Positions 33,663 to 38,105 of a stretch of DNA of 38,105 nt are shown piece by piece. The notes beneath the pieces were generated by a model, which saw only the letters and a program-made list of their open reading frames with translations, was not told the origin of the DNA and ran no database searches. Within the stretch, counting starts at the first letter, position 1, and each line of letters begins with the position of its first letter. Source of the stretch: a virus (Duplodnaviria; Caudoviricetes); the IMG/VR virus record IMGVR_UViG_3300008459_000140, positions 1 through 38,105 of that record. One strand, given 5' to 3'. The translations under genes were made by a program, and so were the position numbers.

Positions 33663-35927
33663 ATGTTCAATAAAGCTCAATCATTCTTTTTAGATTCCGC
33701 AGCAGCTCAAGGAGCATCAGTAGTATTTGTTACAAGTATTGAACTGTACTTTAAAAATAAACCTCAAGCCGGTAAAACACAATCTGGTTCTGAAAAACCA
33801 GGTGTATCTCTTAATGTTTGCGAAATTAAAGATAATAAACCAAAGTTTGATTCTATAAGTTTAAGAACTGTATCAAGAGTGGAGTTAGATAATATTAATA
33901 TTAGTACGGATGCTAGTACATCTACTAAATTTAATTTTGATGTGCCTGTAGCACTAAAAACAGATAAACAATATGCTTTTTTAATTAAGTTTGATAATAG
34001 TGAAACATTTCAACTTTGGAGAAACCGAGTTGATGAGATTGATATTAATACTGGTGTAGCTTCTAAGCTTTCATCAGGTAAAGTTGATGGTAATGCTTTT
34101 GATATCACTAATGGTTACGATGTCACCCCTTTATCGGATGTAGATTTCAAATTTAAAATCAACGTAGCTAAGTTTACTGGCGCGCGCAGTAATACTTTTA
34201 CAGTTAGTAATGAAGCATACGACTTTTTAAAATTAACTTCTGGGTTAGTTAATGGTAAGTTTATAGGTGGTGAGTATGTGTATACTCAGCAAGCCAATCT
34301 TACAGGCACTGTTGCTGTATCTTCTGGTGGTGCTAACATTGATGGCACCGCAACTAGTTTTCTTGTAGACATTGCTAATAATGATCTAGTAGTTGTTGCT
34401 AACTCTACAGTATCTCAAGTTAAAAAAGTTAACATTGTAACAAACACAACGTTTATGAATGTTACAAGTAATTTTACTACGTCAGCTTCTGGTATCAATA
34501 TTAGAAAATTTGCAACAGGTACCATTTCCGCTAATGCTTCCAGTAATACAATTATTGGAACAAATACAAACTTTGGTTCTATTTCTTCTGATACTTTTAT
34601 TGTTATATCTGATGGTACAGATGGCAATACTGAAGTTCGAAAAGTGGTTAGTGTTGATTCTGTTAACAATACTCTTGAGTTAGATGTTGTACCATCCTTT
34701 ACAAACTCTACAGCAGGATACTTCATTTCTCCAATTGCTAAAGTTGATAGCTTCAAAGCCTATGGAGATTTTTTAACTCTTTATAATTCTTCGGCCAATA
34801 GTACATCTTTTTTTGCAGGTAGCACAATTATTAAGGGTGTTGACTCATTAGCTAATGCTACTGTTACTTCCGTTGAAAACGTTAGCCTTTCTAGATTTGC
34901 TCCTTACTTTAAAGTCAATGTACCTAGTGGATCTAAAGCAAAGTATTACGTAAATTTTGCAAATACAACTTACGCTAAAACTGCTGGTAATCTTACAGAA
35001 GTTGATATTGGTAAGAATGCGTTGTTGTCTTATCCTGCAATTATTGCTTCAAGATCTAATGAGGTTCAAAACGCAACAAACTTGTTTGCAAACGCTAAGA
35101 GCTTCAATGCTAAGTTAGAATTCTCTTCTGATAATCCTTTTGTATCTCCATATGTTTTAGAAGAGAACTTAGACTTTGGTATTCAACAGTTTATCATTAA
35201 TAATACTTCAACTAATGAAGCTTATTCTAATGGTGCAGCTTACTCCAAGTATGTTTCTAAGCCTGTTGTCCTTGGTCCTGATCAATTATCAGAAGACTTG
35301 ATTGTTTACCTGACAGCATTCAAACCTGCTGGTACCGATATTGAAGTATATGCTAAGCTATTAAGTGAAGAAGATGGTGAAAACTTAAACCAGAAAAACT
35401 GGACAAAGTTAACATTAGATATTCCAACTGGTTCTAGTATTAATAGCTTGACATCAAATCCAAACGACTTTGTTGAGTTGAAGTATGTTGTACCTACTGC
35501 TCAACCAGGCGTTAAAGTAACCAGTGGTACATTCAGAATTCCTTCTGCAACGAATGTCATTACAGGAAGCTATAGCACTGTTAATACGGACATCTCTGTT
35601 GGATCTGTTGTTAAAGTTTACAACCCAACATTCCCTGATACATTCTTTGTTGATACTGTAACTGCTTCTAATACAACTACGTTGACAGTTTCAAGTGCAG
35701 TATCAAACAATGACTTACAAGGCAGCGGTTTGAACATTGATATCATTACAGATAAGAATTCTGCTTTCCGTAATAATCAAAACTTCAACATTGTAAGATA
35801 CTTTAATAAATCGCTGGCTAAATATGACGGGTTTAAAGTATTTGCAGTTAAAATTGTTTTGTTGTCATCTGCAAGTTACTTGGTTCCAAGAGTAGAAGAA
35901 TATAGAGCTATTGCGGTATCTGCATAA
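33663..35927 (+). CDS. structural protein resembling the VrlC-like C-terminal part
   Basis: AQSFF, FVTSIELYFK-K, F-F--PV-L, D-KF-IN-AKF, SKYVSK-V-L, FAVKIVL, P-V--YRAIA. Confidence 0.8.
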   Translation: MFNKAQSFFLDSAAAQGASVVFVTSIELYFKNKPQAGKTQSGSEKPGVSLNVCEIKDNKPKFDSISLRTVSRVELDNINISTDASTSTKFNFDVPVALKTDKQYAFLIKFDNSETFQLWRNRVDEIDINTGVASKLSSGKVDGNAFDITNGYDVTPLSDVDFKFKINVAKFTGARSNTFTVSNEAYDFLKLTSGLVNGKFIGGEYVYTQQANLTGTVAVSSGGANIDGTATSFLVDIANNDLVVVANSTVSQVKKVNIVTNTTFMNVTSNFTTSASGINIRKFATGTISANASSNTIIGTNTNFGSISSDTFIVISDGTDGNTEVRKVVSVDSVNNTLELDVVPSFTNSTAGYFISPIAKVDSFKAYGDFLTLYNSSANSTSFFAGSTIIKGVDSLANATVTSVENVSLSRFAPYFKVNVPSGSKAKYYVNFANTTYAKTAGNLTEVDIGKNALLSYPAIIASRSNEVQNATNLFANAKSFNAKLEFSSDNPFVSPYVLEENLDFGIQQFIINNTSTNEAYSNGAAYSKYVSKPVVLGPDQLSEDLIVYLTAFKPAGTDIEVYAKLLSEEDGENLNQKNWTKLTLDIPTGSSINSLTSNPNDFVELKYVVPTAQPGVKVTSGTFRIPSATNVITGSYSTVNTDISVGSVVKVYNPTFPDTFFVDTVTASNTTTLTVSSAVSNNDLQGSGLNIDIITDKNSAFRNNQNFNIVRYFNKSLAKYDGFKVFAVKIVLLSSASYLVPRVEEYRAIAVSA

Positions 35928-36133
35928 TGGACACATCAAAGTTAAAGCGTCATCCATTTAATCAAGCTGTAATTAATACTGATAGTGTTTCTTATAGACA
36001 GCACATCTACGAAACCAATAAGAGTAGAGAGATGGCAAGCGCTTTGAACGAGGTAAGTACATTGAGAAGAGACGTCGATGATATCAAAGATATGCTCAGA
36101 ACAATAATTAACGGAATGAACAAGAATGGCTAA
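35927..36133 (+). CDS. small coiled-coil structural protein, 68 aa
   Basis: R----AVINTD...LR-DVDDIK-ML; TAATG-coupled. Confidence 0.75.
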   Translation: MDTSKLKRHPFNQAVINTDSVSYRQHIYETNKSREMASALNEVSTLRRDVDDIKDMLRTIINGMNKNG

Positions 36134-37442
36134 AAGTGTAGCTAATGTAGTAGTATCAACGGATACGTTTGCTTCTTGGGTTGCAAGAACAAATCAGCTT
36201 GCAGATGCAATGACTTTGTTCACTGTTACCGTCGAAGCCAATACTACTGGAGCAAATGTTTCCGGTAATGGATTCATTAACGGTGTTTTCTCTGCTAATA
36301 CGATTGCAGCAGGTCAAGTACTTCGTGGTGGCTCGGTTGCCACGTCTGCTAACTTAAACATCACATCCAATACAAGATTTACCGGTGCAGTTGTTTATTC
36401 ATCAGCTAACCTTGACATTCAAGTAGCTAACGCTAGTGTTAATTCTACAATTCTTTATATTAATGGTGGACTGGCTAATGTAACATCTAATGTTTCTGTT
36501 GTCACTACAAACACATCTATCCAGGCAGCTAATACAGCCCTGAAGGGTGGAAACGTCCACGTTACATCAAACACACAGATCAATGCAGCAAACATTGTTG
36601 TAACGGGTGTGAGTACTGTACTGAGCGGTACAACCCTAAGTATTACAAGCAATACAGATCTAGTAGCTACAACTCTTAATGCAAACGCTGTTGTTACGGT
36701 TAATGGTAATACAACAGTTACAGCTAATAGCATTACATTGAAAGCTAATAGCTCTCTTAATACTATTTCCATCTCCGGCAACGGGACTGTATCCAATACA
36801 ACTATTTCAGGCAACACCTTTACAGTAGTTGGTAATGCTTTCTTTAGTAACACAGTTAGTATTTCAGAAACACTTGGTGTTACCAAAGCAGTTACGTTGG
36901 CTAATACAATTGCTGTTACTGGTAACGCAACGTTCAGTAATGTCAGCACGTTTACTGGTTTAACTACAATTGCTTCAGCTAACATTGTAACTGCAAATGC
37001 GGCAACACTCAATGTTGTAGACTTGAATGTTTCCAATAGTGTTAATATTACATCTAATGTCGCAGTCGTTGGTATTACCTCATTAAGTGGTAATGTAACA
37101 ATTCAGAACAATTATGTGATTGTTGTTGCTTCTAACACAAATCTTGGTACTAGCACCTCTTTATCTAGGAACGTCTTTACGTTTTCTACTACTGATTATT
37201 CATCAGCAAAGATTACCGCACAGATTAAAACAGCAGCAGGCACAAACACTCAAATTAGTGAAATTGTATTAGCACATGACACTATCACTCCTTACCTAAC
37301 TGTGTATGGAACTGTTTCGTCGCCTCTCGGTTCCAATCTTGGTGTATTCAGTACTGCAATAAATACAGGTGTAGTTTCATTAAAGTTTTTGCAGAATACA
37401 GCAAACTCTAATGTCACATTGGTGGCACACTTAATAAAATAA
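36126..37442 (+). CDS. fibre-like structural protein, 438 aa
   Basis: TDTFASW--RTN N-terminus typical of T4-like short fibres; beta-rich A/N/T/S/V composition; YSSAK...ISEI---HD C-terminal domain. Confidence 0.8.
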   Translation: MAKSVANVVVSTDTFASWVARTNQLADAMTLFTVTVEANTTGANVSGNGFINGVFSANTIAAGQVLRGGSVATSANLNITSNTRFTGAVVYSSANLDIQVANASVNSTILYINGGLANVTSNVSVVTTNTSIQAANTALKGGNVHVTSNTQINAANIVVTGVSTVLSGTTLSITSNTDLVATTLNANAVVTVNGNTTVTANSITLKANSSLNTISISGNGTVSNTTISGNTFTVVGNAFFSNTVSISETLGVTKAVTLANTIAVTGNATFSNVSTFTGLTTIASANIVTANAATLNVVDLNVSNSVNITSNVAVVGITSLSGNVTIQNNYVIVVASNTNLGTSTSLSRNVFTFSTTDYSSAKITAQIKTAAGTNTQISEIVLAHDTITPYLTVYGTVSSPLGSNLGVFSTAINTGVVSLKFLQNTANSNVTLVAHLIK

Positions 37443-37452
37443 TAGGTAGCAA

Positions 37453-38105
37453 ATGGCAGATACTGTATTTAAGGCTGAAAACGGTTTACAGGTAGTTGGT
37501 AATGCCAATGTTACTGGCAGTTTGACTGTTGGTGGAGAGTTCAACATCTCTGGAAACGTTACGTTCAGCGGTACATCTAACGGTGACTTCAAGCCAATCA
37601 ATAATAATTACTCGCTTGGTGATGCTGATCAACGTTGGGCATTATCAGCTACTACTTTGGATGTAAGCGGTACCACAACTCTTAGCAATACTTTAACTGT
37701 AGCTGGTCAATCCACATACAGTGCAAATGTAATCCCAAATGCAAATAATGTCCAACTAGGTGATACTACTAAGCGTTGGGACTTCTATGCTAACAACGCC
37801 AATGTTTTAACGTTTGGTGTCAATGTTGGAACTGCTGCAAATCTAATTGTATCTAATACAGCCACTGTAAACGGAACATTGATTGTCAATCCAGGTTTAG
37901 CAAATGCTTTAGTAGTTACTGGAAACTCTACACATTCTAATGTTACTCTTTCAGGTAACGTTTCAAACTTTAACGGTAACTCCAACTTTGATAGTGGAGT
38001 TTTATTTGTTGATGCTACAAATAACCGTGTTGGTTTTAACAACACAACACCGGATGCTACAGCAACAATTACCGGTACAGCTAATATTAGTGCTAACGTA
38101 ACTAT
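37453..38105 (+). CDS. partial tail-fibre-like protein (runs off the window)
   Basis: ATG 37453 after AGGT; MADTVFKAENGL..., YSLG----RW and LGDTTKRW repeats, LFVDATNNRVG-N--TP fibre motif; no stop before the window end. Confidence 0.8.
   Translation, partial: MADTVFKAENGLQVVGNANVTGSLTVGGEFNISGNVTFSGTSNGDFKPINNNYSLGDADQRWALSATTLDVSGTTTLSNTLTVAGQSTYSANVIPNANNVQLGDTTKRWDFYANNANVLTFGVNVGTAANLIVSNTATVNGTLIVNPGLANALVVTGNSTHSNVTLSGNVSNFNGNSNFDSGVLFVDATNNRVGFNNTTPDATATITGTANISANVT

Noticed and set aside
36455-37036. 193-aa antisense ORF and similar shadow ORFs (e.g. 1836-2327, 6861-7241, 8734-9336, 34415-34756)
   Set aside because: Antisense shadows of well-supported genes with biased composition; no RBS or motifs.
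1-38105. Stop-codon reassignment, introns or inteins
   Set aside because: Core genes are full length in code 11, all three stops are used as terminators, and no homing endonuclease or intein motifs were seen.

Overview
This window is a fragment of a large T4-like (Tevenvirinae/Kyanoviridae-grade) myophage genome; the tmRNA tag suggests a betaproteobacterial host. From left to right: (1) 1-2544, small early genes with near-consensus sigma70 promoters, including a DUF932-like gene; (2) ~2529-2868, a circularly permuted two-piece tmRNA with tag ANDERFALAA; (3) 2884-4435, a cell-wall module (SleB-like hydrolase, 3-TM protein, PBP7/PbpG-like peptidase); (4) 4424-9293, an inverted, apparently late-promoter-driven cassette of seven ORFs that all look exported or membrane-bound, including a Cys-repeat/Pro-rich protein, an Asn-rich protein and two micro-ORFs missing from the ORF track; (5) 9420-11860, gp33, gp59 and gp32; (6) 11857-18133, a minus-strand tail/head block with gp4, gp2, gp54-like, gp26 with a predicted -1 frameshift into a gp51-like ORF, and two paralogous tape-measure-like proteins carrying different peptidoglycan hydrolases; (7) 18145-38105, the baseplate/fibre operon (gp48, gp53, hub, lysozyme-less gp5 with a PAAR-like end, gp25, gp6, gp7, gp8, a split VrlC-like protein, fibre-like proteins), strikingly rich in [A/S/G]-N-x motifs. 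All product calls come from recognising motifs by eye; no database search was run.
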